Shown here piece by piece: positions 11,749-23,007 of a stretch of DNA of 64,000 nt. Numbering within the stretch: position 1 is the stretch's first letter; every line of letters begins with the position of its first letter. The position numbers and the translations under genes are program-made. Below the pieces are notes generated by a model. It saw only the letters and a list, made by a program, of their open reading frames with translations, was not told the DNA's origin and did not search any database. The stretch comes from Felis catus (Eukaryota), in NCBI RefSeq assembly GCF_018350175.1, contig NC_058368.1, positions 141,362,001 through 141,426,000 on the forward strand, given 5' to 3'.

Positions 11749-13171
11749 AAGATATAAAGATAGAATTCTGAGTATTTTTTTATAGCTGAATCATGAAATG
11801 GTTGTAGAGAGACCATAATTTTTAAGCCTTGCTAGCCAAAAATCAAGCAAGCCTCATGAAAGGAGCTTCATGACATAAAGGTCTAACAGCACAGCTAACT
11901 CAATGGCATCTGGTAATGTGGAAAACCCAAATCACAAAAGGCTCACCAATAATAAATGATAGCCTTCTAAAAGGTTTCTAACAGATTTTCTCAAAGATTT
12001 CCACTATCTCTTGAGACACTGATAAATAGGACAATACTACGATTACTTAATAGTTCTCAAAGATAACTTGCAAAAGGGAGACTACAATAACAGGTAATTT
12101 CCATTATCAGACAAAATATTCTTGTTAGTCCTGATTTCATTATTTCATAACATAGTTACTAATAATTCATGGAATAAAATTCACAGGTAACCACAGGCTA
12201 GTGTTAGAAATAGAAAGGAAAATATACGTGTAAATAAAGAGATATAACTCATGATAACGGGAAACATGAAAATACAATCTAGATACTACCAACATTACTA
12301 GTGATCAAACATTGAATTGAAAGGTAAAACTGAAAATCCTAGAAACGTAGTGATTTAGTTTTGTTAAGACATCACATTACTTTTCTGATTTAGTATCTTT
12401 GTGGAGGTAAGTTAGTTCTAATTGTGAACTGTAAATTCAATTCACAGGGCTCCTGCTACCTTTACAGTATCAATATGCTTAATAATATTCTTTCTAGGAT
12501 GTCAATGGGTTTATTGATTACTTTTAGAAACAAACATAGTTAACAGTATATCACATAACTTCAAGGTTATTCTTTAAATTTTCTCATTTATACTTAGTTT
12601 TACTCTGAATAATTTTTTTATTTTATTGTTTAAGATCCTTGGTATCAGAAGTCAAACTGAATTTTTCTTAAAACCAAAAATGTTAACCAAATTCTGAACT
12701 TTATTAGTAAGTTTGCACAATGCATGGACTTTCTAGTAAAACCAATTGTAAAATGAGGTCATCTTTTGGAATCTATTCAAAATCCAATGGCCCCACAAAT
12801 AAACTCTATTATAAAGTTGGAAAGGTGTAATTCCATGTATCAAAGTGCTCATCTAACTCAGTTTAGGAACGCAGACCAAGAGTATAAATCAAAGTTTTTC
12901 TTGACCACTTTTGAGAAATTCTGTTATAAGGGAAGGTGAAGACAAAAGGTGGGTGGGGGAGGCTTCTCCCTCCAATTTGGGATAGAAATATTTTTTATAC
13001 AACCATCAAACTGGAGAAATAAAGTTACATGATATATTCAGAACTGAAAAGAAAAACCCCTATATTAATTAATGGATACAGAGGTATTCATAGGAAGTCT
13101 CTTCAAAGATTCATTATGTCTTTTAAAGAGTATCAATCATGGTTCATAATTACGTTGATTTGATTTCTTAC

Positions 13172-13283
13172 CTGTATCAGAAAGGTGGCTGGTCTTACAT
13201 AGGAGATCTAACTTTCGGTTCCACACACATAGGTCATTCCCACCAGAGAGCCAAATATCTAGTCTCTGAAGAACAATTAAGCA
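13172..13283 (-). CDS. WDR41: WDR41 exon 6 (CLIVLQRLDIWLSGGNDLCVWNRKLDLLCKTSHLSDT-G)
   Basis: 112 nt; TTTTCAG acceptor; CAG|GTAAGA donor. Confidence 0.96.
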
Positions 13284-13340
13284 CTGAAAAATTCATTTGA
13301 AATATCAGTTTAGAATTTCAAGCATTCATTGGTGGTTTTT

Positions 13341-13557
13341 TTTTTTTTTTAATTTTTTTTTAACGTTTATTTGAGACAGAAAGAGACAGAGCATGAACGG
13401 GGGAGGGGCAGAGAGAGAGGGAGACACAGAATCAGAAACAGGCTCCAGGCTCCGAGCCATCAGCCCAGAGCCTGACGCGGGGCTCGAACTCACGGACCGC
13501 GAGATCGTGACCTGGCTGAAGTCGGACGCTTAACCGACTGAGCCACCCAGGCGCCCC
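13341..13557 (-). mobile_element. Young CanSINE (SINEC_Fc-type)
   Basis: CpGs intact; TSD TCATTGGTGGTTTTT at 13326-13340 and 13558-13572. Confidence 0.95.
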
Positions 13558-13560
13558 TCA

Positions 13561-14038
13561 TTGGTGGTTTTTAAATATGTCCACAAGTTCTGTGAAACCA
13601 TTCTCTTTAAAAGGTGGAGTTTAAGTTTCCCACCCTTGAATGTGGACTCTACTAAGTGACTGGCCTCTAATGAAGAGACTATAGCAGAAGAGACGGTGTG
13701 TGACTTACAAGACTAAATCATAAATGACAAGGTGGCTTCCTCCTTGCTCTCTCGAATCACTCTAGGGCAAACACACAAGCAGCCACATGGAGAAAGATGC
13801 ACATGCAAAAAAGTGAGACCCCTGGACAACAGCCAGCACTAACTTACCAATCATATGAGTCCCCTAAGAACCTCCAACCCCAGTCAAGCCTTCAGATGAC
13901 AGCAACCTCATAATACACACTGAGCCAGAACTGCTAAGCTGCTCTTTATTCCTGACTACAAACACTGTAAGATAATATTTATTGCTTTAAGCAACTAAGT
14001 TTTGAGGTAATTTGTTACTTGGTAATAGATAACACACA
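13561..14038 (+). mobile_element. MaLR solo LTR (MLT1F-like)
   Basis: Starts TGGTGGTTTTTAAATATGTCCAC; contains CCCAGTCAAGCCTTCAGATGAC; ends CTAAGTTTTGAGGTAATTTGTTAC...ATAGATAAC..ACA. Confidence 0.75.
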
Positions 14039-14902
14039 AGGCTTAAACTTCCTTTAAAATAAAACTGAATATATGACCTTAGTTTTTATGTTAAATTAAT
14101 ACCTCCTAATTCATTTAGGAAAATGAGTATTTCAAGTCTATAGAAGTCCTTTACCTTTAACAGTACTTTAAAGTCCACACCTTTAATCATACTCCTCCCA
14201 CTCAAGACTCTGATTGAATAAAAGGACAAGAGTGAGGGAGAAGAATAAACAAGAAAAGGAAAAGATTCTGATAGTCTTGTCCAACCTAAGTGTTGTCTTA
14301 GCTGGAACAAAAAGGGTTGAAAACTACTGGAACAAAACGGGTTGAAACAAAAAGGGTTGAAAATAAGGCAGTTTCTATTTTAAGAATCCCTACCCTAATT
14401 TCTGAATATTTAATGTATCATTATTTTGCTCACTTTGATTGCTGAATAATATTCCATTATGTGGATATAGCACATGTGTCCATTCTCAGCTGGTAGACAT
14501 TTAGGATATTTCCACTTTTGGATTATTATGTACAGTGGTGCCATGAACATTCATCACGTACAAATTTTTGTGTGGACATACATTTTCATTTCTCTTGACA
14601 ATGAAATAGGAATACCTAGGAGTGAGACTATTGGGCCAAATGATAACTCTTTAAGGCAGCTCTACCATTTTACAATTCCACCAGCAATGTGTGACGGTTC
14701 TATTGTCTCCACATCCTTATCAACACGTTACTGCCCTCTAGTGTAAGTGAAATAGTATTATATTATGGTTTTGACTTGCATTTCTCTAATAACTAATGAT
14801 GTTGAGCTTTTTGCATGCTTATTGGCCATCTGTATATTTCTTTGGGTAAATGTCTTTCAAATTGTCTACTTTTAACTGGGTTGTCTTTTTATTGTTGAGG
14901 GG

Positions 14903-15112
14903 TTTAAGTTTATTTTGATTGATCACACATGTGCATGAGTGGGGGGGGGTGGTGGAGAGGGAGAGAGACAATCCCAAGTAGGCTCTATGCTGTCAACACA
15001 GAGCCTGATGCGGGGCTTGATCTCATGAACTGTGAGATCATGACCTGTGAGATCATGACCTGAGCTGAGACACAGTCGGACTCTTTAAACGATTGAGCCA
15101 CTCCAGTGCCCC
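14903..15112 (-). mobile_element. CanSINE with an internal 15-bp duplication
   Basis: Antisense head ...GAGCCACTCCAGTGCCCC; CTGTGAGATCATGAC present twice. Confidence 0.85.
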
Positions 15113-15769
15113 TTTACTGCTGTTTTAAGAGTTCTTTATATATTCAGGATACAAGTTCCTTATCAGATATATAATTTACAAGTATTTTCTCACACCCTAT
15201 GTGTTTGGGTTGTCTTCTCACCTTCTTGATAGTGTCCTTAAAAGTATAAAGGCTTTTCATTTTGATGAAATCCAATTTATCACTTTTTTTCTTTTGTTAC
15301 TGTATTTCTGGTGTCATATTCAAGATCCCTATCCCAAGATCACAAATACTTACTCCCATATTTGTTCCAAGAGTTTTATAGTTTTAGCTCTTAAATTTTG
15401 ACCTTTGATCCATTTTGAATTTTTATATATGGCATGAAGTAGGGATCCAAATTCATTATTTTGTATAAGGATATCCAGTTGACCCAGAATTATTTGTTGA
15501 AGAGACTATTCTTGCTCTTTTTGAAAAGTCCTGGCATCCTGGTTGAAAATTAATTAACCACATAAGTGAGGTTTTATATCTGGACTCGGAAATGTATTCC
15601 ATTCATCTGTATGTCTATCCTTATGCAGAACCACACCGTCTTGATTATTGAACTTTGTAGTAAATTGTGAAATTGGGAAGTTTAACTCTTGTACATTGGC
15701 TCTTTATTCTCAAAATTGTTTTAGCTATTTCTGGGGTCCTTTGCACTTCTATACAAATTTGAGGATCCT

Positions 15770-15977
15770 GGGGCACTGGCGTGGCTGGTTAAGCGTCCAA
15801 CTCTTGATTTTGGCTCATGTCACAATCTCACTGTTTGTGGGTTCAAGTCCTGCATCAGATCTGTGCTGACAGCACACAGTCTGCTTGGGATTCTCTCTGC
15901 CCCTCCCCTGCTCACACTCTAAATTTCCTCTCTCCCTCTCTCAAGATAAATAAATAAACATTAAAAATAAAAAGAAA
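15770..15977 (+). mobile_element. CanSINE
   Basis: Head, CT tract, AATAAA tail; flanking AATTTGAGGA repeats. Confidence 0.85.
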
Positions 15978-17905
15978 TGCTTTGAATTTGAGGACTGGTT
16001 TGTCAATTCCTAGGTGCAGGGGTAAGGGTAGGGAGGGGAAGCTTGCTGGGATTTTGGTGGAGACTGTGTCCAATCTGCAGATAATTTTGGGTAGTGCTGC
16101 AATCTTAACAATATTCAACTTTATCCATGAATATGGAATGACTTTCATGTCTAGATTTTTAGTTTCTTTCAAAAACTGTTTGGTAGTTTTTAATGTACAA
16201 CTCTCATGTTTCTTCTTTGTTTCTAAGTACTGTATTCTTTTGGATGCTCCTGTAAATTCATTTCATTTTCTTAACTGTTTTTTTTTTCATTTTTGGATGT
16301 TCATTTTTGGTGTAGAAGAATACAGTTAATTTTTGTATATTGATATCGTATACTGAAACCTTACTAAATCCATTTATTAGCTCCAATAGTTTGGTTATGA
16401 ATTTAAGATTTAGTATATAGATCATGTCACTTGTGGATATAGTTTTATTTCTTCCTTTCCAATATGGATACCCATTATTTCTTTTTTATTGCCTATAACA
16501 CTGAATACCATCCTTGTTTTATTCCTGATCTCAGGAGGAAAAGTATTCAGTCAGTCTTTCACCATTAATATGATGTTAGCTCCAGGGTTTTCATAAATTC
16601 CCTTTATTAGACTGAGGAAGTTCTCTATTCTTATTTTGTTGACTACTTTTACCATGAGAAGGTGCTGTCTATCAAATGCTTTCTGTGCACCGATTTAGAT
16701 GATCGTATGTTTTTTGTCCTTTACTCTTACTGTAGTATGTTATAGTTACTGATTTTTCCGATGTTAAACTGGGATAAGTCTTATCTGGTCATAGTGCAGA
16801 ATGTTTTTATATGTTGCTGATTTGGATTGCTAGTATTTTGTTAAGGATAATATACTTCTGCTACTTAATATCTTATCAGAATTTTCCAAACTTCTTATGA
16901 ATTCTCTAAATACCACTTTTAGCATATGTATTGACCATAATTTAACTATTTTCCTGTAAGATATTTAGGATACTGCCAATCATACATTTATGAAATATAT
17001 TTGCAATATACATTTCTGTTCCTAAATCTCTGCCCAAGTTTTTTTTTTTTTTTTTCCTTTAAAGAGTTTTCTGTAAGTAGAGTCTCTGGGTCAATTCATG
17101 TAATCATTTAAAATTTTCATTAATAATGCCAAACTTTCTGCTAGGAATATCATCAATTTAATAAAAATGCTAATTTCACCACTTCCTCGCTAATACAAAC
17201 CCTTATAAAAACTACTAGCTCAAAAAATAAATAATAGCATTTCTTATATTTATTAGGGATCTGAATTTCTTTGATAAATTATTTGTTAAAGAATTGAACC
17301 ACTGAAATGAAGTGAGTGAAATGATACTTTTAAACAATCTCTTACGAGAAACATGATCACAGCAGGAGTATATACAACTATCTAGCTGACTAACATTATA
17401 GTAAAACCTCTTTAAAAAATAAATAAGATACTTTTTCATGATCAGTTCCTATAAACAGTTCATGAAACAGTTCACCCAAAGAATTTGTCCAAAATATACC
17501 AAAATTTTCTCCAGTTTTCCTGTTCCCTATTCTTTCAATTCATGTATTTTCACTTGAAACCTAATAGCCTCAACTAGCAAAAATATTTGTAACGTATTTT
17601 AAAGAAGCATCTTTTCAGATCACATAAAACAGAAATTTTCATCAAATCAATATTTTAATAACTCCCTCAAAGACAATCCATTGCTAAATTGGATACAAGC
17701 ATTTCTGGGCACTTTCTTCCCCCAGAAACGCTACTAAATTGATAATGAAGAATAGCATAGTAGCATGAGATGGCTACCAGAGATGCTGCCTTTTAGGAAA
17801 AAAATCAAATACTTTGAACACTGAGACACAACAATTCTTTTTACATTAAAAAAAAAAAGTGTAAGCTCAAATAAAAAGACAAGGTATCTTTAAAACAAAT
17901 AAGGT

Positions 17906-18110
17906 GAGACACCTGGGTGGCTCACTTGGTTAAGCATCCAACTTTTGATTTCAGCTCCGGTCCTGGTCTCATGAGTTAATGAGTTCAAGCCCCCTATCAG
18001 GCTCTGCACTGACAGTGTGGAACCTGCTTGGGATTCTCTCTCCCCAACTCTCTCTGCCCCTCCCTGCTCTCTCTTTCAAAATAAATAAATAAGAACTTTT
18101 AAAAAATAAA
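17906..18110 (+). mobile_element. CanSINE
   Basis: CACCTGGGTGGCTCA head, CT tract, A tail. Confidence 0.88.
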
Positions 18111-18654
18111 ACAAGGAAACATCTCATTTTGGAAGACCCTTTCCACCACATTTGCTGACATTATTGAAAAACAGACACACTCTCTAAGAAGACCTAAGAA
18201 TTTCTTCTGTAGGAATCCAAGTAACCAAGTCTTCTCCAAATTTGTTTCTCCAACATGTGGCAGAGTTCCTATCATGTAATAAGCTCCAATTTGTTTGTAA
18301 AATCAGTGAACCTAATAGTAACAGCCAATTAGCCATATGACAGTTCTTTGGAATTAAGTAATTGATAATGTCTTATCTTCAGGACCTTATAAAAGGCAGA
18401 GAATGAAGGGCAAATAAATCCATGTTTTTAGTTCAAAGTGTAAAGAAAACAGACTACCTACTTCTATAGTCATTCTACAACTAGTATGTCTTCCTAGAAT
18501 TACCTACAAAAACATACTAGGTACTAACCTTTTCCTTATCTTGCTATATATTCACCCCTTGATCTAGTTCCAAATTCAAACATTCCAACATTTTATATGC
18601 TCCCTCAAAATCTAGTATTCCAAGAATCAAATGACTATAAGTATGTATAGAAGA

Positions 18655-18757
18655 AATAATTCTTAAAACCTACAAAAAGTAACTTCATCTACTTATTGAA
18701 GATTTTAATAATTCTTAAAACCTACAAAAGTAACTTCATCTACTTATTGAAGATTTT
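18655..18757. repeat. 52/51-bp direct tandem duplication
   Basis: AATAATTCTTAAAACCTACAAAA(A)GTAACTTCATCTACTTATTGAAGATTTT twice. Confidence 0.95.
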
Positions 18758-18806
18758 TGCTGAGAAAAAAAGATAATTACCATTAAATATCAGCATAAGA
18801 TTTTAC

Positions 18807-18869
18807 CTTTACAGTAGACTGGAAGCATGATACTTTCTGAACTTGTCTGCCAGTATCACAATCCCATAC
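18807..18869 (-). CDS. WDR41: WDR41 exon 5 (VWDCDTGRQVQKVSCFQSTVK)
   Basis: 63 nt; preceded by branch point TTCTTAAC and TTTAG; donor AAG|GTAAAA. Confidence 0.95.
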
Positions 18870-19813
18870 CTAAACTTATGTTAAGAAATAATTTCTAAGT
18901 AAAACATTAAAATCTAAATTAAGAGATAAGTTTTCTAATAATTAAATCACAAATGTTACACTCTTAGTTAAAAAAAAACTTTAAATAAAGTATATTTACC
19001 ATCTATACTGTTACTAAAATTAATTCATATAATGAATTATCAACTCAGCATATCAAGCTTATAATCTAAAATATGTTTGAGGTAAATTTTACTACCAAAC
19101 TATCAGAAAATGTCAAGGAATGAATGATCTGAATACTCAATATTTATAGGCATTAAATATTCCAAGTGTTTTCTCCAAAATAGTCCACCATGATTTAATA
19201 AACACTCAACATAAAGTATTTACACTAAAAACAACCAGTTCCATTAATTCCTACTGAAAGCTCCTTCTACATGCATGGCACGTTTACTACTATTATACTG
19301 ATTAACAAAAGCCAGTAACAGTGTATTACTTGTACACATTCTTAAAATAATTAGAGGACCTTCTATGAGTGTCCAAGGTTAGTTTGACTTAAGGAGTATA
19401 ACCATTTTCAAATTTTTTATCCCACTTCCTATGGTAACATATACATTCTACACCATGTCTGAGCACACGTTTACATATAGACATTCATGTATACACACAC
19501 ACACACACACATATACATACACACATATGTGTACGGATAGACTGTTAAGACTATTACCTGACAAAAATTAAAAATTTACCTTCAGCATTTAATTAATGAA
19601 GTTTGTTAACAGTGGAGACTCAAGCAGCCTGGAACTGGATTTTTAACAATAAAATTCATTATGTGAAGCAAATGACTCTATACCATTATTTACAAGTAAA
19701 GTTCATGCTGATACTGTCTAAGCTACTCATTCCTGTACTATAATAATTCAGTAAGTGCCTCTAAATATTATTATAGTAGCTTAGGAATGGTCTAATAAAA
19801 ACAAAGTATTTTA

Positions 19814-20031
19814 GGGGTGCCTGGGCAGCTCAGTTGGTTAAGCCTCCAACTTCAGCTTAGGTCATGATTTACAGTCTGTGAGTTCAAGGCCCGCACTGGG
19901 CTCTGTGCTGACAGCTCAGAGCCTGGAGCCTGCTTCGGAGTCTGTGTCTCCCTCTCCCTCTGCCCCCTCCCCCACTCATGCTCTGTCTCTCTCTCTCTCT
20001 CAAAAATAAACAAACATGAAAAAAATTTTTT
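19814..20031 (+). mobile_element. CanSINE inside U12 intron 4 (antisense to WDR41)
   Basis: TSD AAACAAAGTATTTTA on both sides. Confidence 0.92.
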
Positions 20032-20564
20032 AAACAAAGTATTTTAAATTCTATTTTTGGAGATTATACTGATACTAAAAGCAAAAGTTTTGTGCCTAAA
20101 CTAATATTTGCCTCAATAGAACAGTATTAATAAAGTTACACTGACCTAAACATACATAATAATACTGTTTATGCAATATTGTCATCACCACAGAATATAG
20201 TTTACCACATGTAAATCGTACCTGGAAGTTTTTTCACCTACTGACAATGTGTCTAGAAATCACTTGAGTGAATGAGCTTATTTATTGTGTGTCAAAAAGT
20301 TTGTCCTGGTTGTATAGAAGCCCAGGAAACATCTACTCCTTTGGACTTACTCCAAAACTTACTTCACTAATGCTTGAAACTATTTAAAACAGAACTCTCA
20401 GATAAGCACAGATGATTTAAAGCAAATCTTTGATACCTTTTTAAAAAAATAAGTAAAGATTAGTTTCCATAAGTAACTGGCCATTAAGGCTTTCTTAAAT
20501 CTAATTCCTCATACAAATATTAAAGGCTGAATTTTAAGGAATGTTTAAGGAAAATCTTTTATAA

Positions 20565-20830
20565 AGGCAGTATTATACAATGGTTGAGAGTTCTGACTCT
20601 GCAGTCAGACTGCTTGCTTGCTGCCCTATAATGGCTGTGTGACCTAGGGGCAAGTTACTTAATTACTCTTTCTGTGCCTCTTTTCTTATCTGTAAATGAG
20701 AAAATACTTACTGTAAGAATTAAATGGGCTAATGTATGTAATAGGTAATATATGTAAAAATGTGTAATATATGTTAAACAGAACAATGCCTAGCACACAT
20801 AAGCACTCTACAAAACATTACTGCTGTTAT
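20565..20830 (+). mobile_element. MIR
   Basis: GCTGTGTGACCT..GGCAAGTTACTTAA...CTGTGCCTC...ATCTGTAAA core. Confidence 0.75.
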
Positions 20831-21382
20831 ACCTTAAATTTTTACCTAAAAGTATGGAGGGAAGATAATTTACTCTTTTAAAACTGCTTTTAAACACTAA
20901 ATATTAATATTAACCACTAAGGAGATGGCAATTCACTTTTCTGCCAGACTCAGATGCTCAAAGAGTTCTTACGGGTTGGGGCCATTACATTTCTTTTGCT
21001 GTACAATATGGTATAGAGGAAAATGTGAATTATTCCCCAGTCCAACTCTTCTTTGTTTCTCTAAATTGAAAAGCAAATGGAGATAAGTACTTTTAAGCCT
21101 AAATTCTCCCAATTTCTCCATTTTATATAACTTGATATAATAGTAACTCTGGAAAGAACCTTAGTCATGCGGTTTCCATCAATAATAAGCCTTTAACCTA
21201 TATCCAGTCTAATACTTTCAGTTGCTTAATACTTTTAAGAAGTGTATTATGAAGGCTAAAGCAAAATCATTTTTTGCTCAAATTAATGTACAGACAAGCC
21301 CCAAAAGGCTAAAACTAATAATGTATGTACTGGTCCATTGGGTCACTATAGGTATTTTACTCTCTTCCAGATTTAAGGATAC

Positions 21383-21514
21383 AATAACTGTTCTATCAGC
21401 AGAGGCTGTCAAGATCAGTTGAGTCTTTTCTTCACAAACTTCCAAGGAAGGAAATGTAATAATGGCTGTTATCTTCTGAGTGTGCCCATTAAGTTCCAGA
21501 AGTTTTTCTCCTGT
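21383..21514 (-). CDS. WDR41: WDR41 exon 4 (TGEKLLELNGHTQKITAIITFPSLEVCEEKTQLILTASADRTVI)
   Basis: 132 nt; TTTCAG acceptor; ends at the U12-type donor GTATCCTT; contained in ORF 21278..21547. Confidence 0.97.
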
Positions 21515-22698
21515 CTGAAACACCAATAAAAATTTTAATAGGCTCATATTATATTCATAACTTAAATAATCTTAAATGACAATGTTAAGAAAAATTGCCA
21601 TATACAAAATACATAATTCCATTTTTAATTACTTAGATGTTATACTTTAACCTTAAGCAATCAAATAGAATCTAAACAGGTACTGGAAGAGTAGCCATAA
21701 ATAATCTTAATTATTTGCTAATAGAAAATACTAAATTCTAGCATATTTTATATGAAAATTTAAAAGAATATTTTCCTATATGGTTTTTTAAACCTGTGTA
21801 AATCAAGTATAAAAATATCAGTAAATAATCAGTAGGAAAAAATAGGGAGTCTGCATTATCCTTAAGTATTTGTTATCTAAGTCTCCACAGTTAAAATGTT
21901 GAAGGAAATAAAAGCATGACAACACAATATATACACTATATACATCCAATAATATATCAACTGTTCATAAAGTCAGCCTCCACTCCATCTCTAACACCAA
22001 CAGCTATTCTTACCCATCCAATGTCTTCATCTATCAGTATCTCACTGATTTTTCCCAAGTAGTAAACATATAAAAATCCTAAGTAAATACAACAAACTGC
22101 CAATCATCCCAAGGTTGCAGTATTTCATGAATGTGGTGAACATAATGGTAAATAATTGCTTTAATCATGGGCAAAACCATTGAAAAATAAGGATCTGACA
22201 GAGTCAGACCAGATACCAATCCAAATTAACAGTGAGAAGATAAATGCTTCAAAAGGGAATAATTTGAGCATCAAAGGATCAGGAAGAGAGGTCCTGGAAA
22301 AATGTGATGAAGCTTAAATATTTGTCACAACAAAAATTAGTCTTTTATTATATTACTATTAAAGTCAAACATGAGACTATTATATTATCAATTTTGAAAT
22401 AAAAATTGTATCTCTCACAAAAATCAACACTTGATTCATTTTCAGAATCAGTGCATAGTTGTTGATAAGTTTTGTTGAATAAGATTAAAACTTTTGTTTT
22501 TGTAATTTGGCATTTGTTTCTCAGGAAAAAAATCTTAATTCGAAACCTTTCTCTATTATGAAATATTGATCCCCATTTTAAACGGATTCATCTTAAGCAG
22601 CCTTTTTAAACTATCAATTAGTCGCATTATACTGCTATGCAGGTACATACCTAGATAGTGTTTATGAATGCATCCTCAACTATATAGTCAAATCTTTA

Positions 22699-22909
22699 AG
22701 TTTTGTTTTTTTATTTTGTTTTTTTACATTAAAGAGAGAGAGAAGGAGGGAGGGAGGGGCAGAGAGAGACGGAGAGAGAGAATCTCAAAGAGGCTCCACA
22801 CTGTCAGCACAGAGCCCAACACGGGGCTCCATCTCACCAACCATGAGATCATGACCTGAGCCGAAATCAAGAGTCAAACGCTTAACTGACTGAGCCACCC
22901 AGACACCCC
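22699..22909 (-). mobile_element. CanSINE about 50 bp from the exon 3 donor
   Basis: Antisense head TGAGCCACCCAGACACCCC; GA tract. Confidence 0.9.
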
Positions 22910-22958
22910 TACAGTCATGTCTTTATTACACAATCCACATAGAATTTTTAATACACAC

Positions 22959-23007
22959 CTGGGCATTCCACACAACTACAATTCCATCATCACCAGCAGA
23001 TGCAAAC
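22959..23007 (-). CDS. WDR41: WDR41 exon 3 (R-FASAGDDGIVVVWNAQ)
   Basis: 49 nt; CAG acceptor, CAG|GTGTGT donor; WD-repeat signature; phase matches exon 2. Confidence 0.96.

Larger units (their letters stand above)
14420..16850 (-). mobile_element. Old L1 (L1MB-like) ORF2 3' part, interrupted by two CanSINEs
   Basis: Degenerate antisense ORF2 motifs (PYSWI..LNIVKIAALPKIICR); T-rich L1 composition. Confidence 0.75.
18870..21382 (-). other. WDR41: U12-type (minor spliceosome) GT-AG intron 4 of WDR41
   Basis: 5' splice site GTATCCTTAA (21382-21373); branch point TTCTTAAC (18887-18880) about 10 nt from the AG, with no long pyrimidine tract. Confidence 0.92.
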
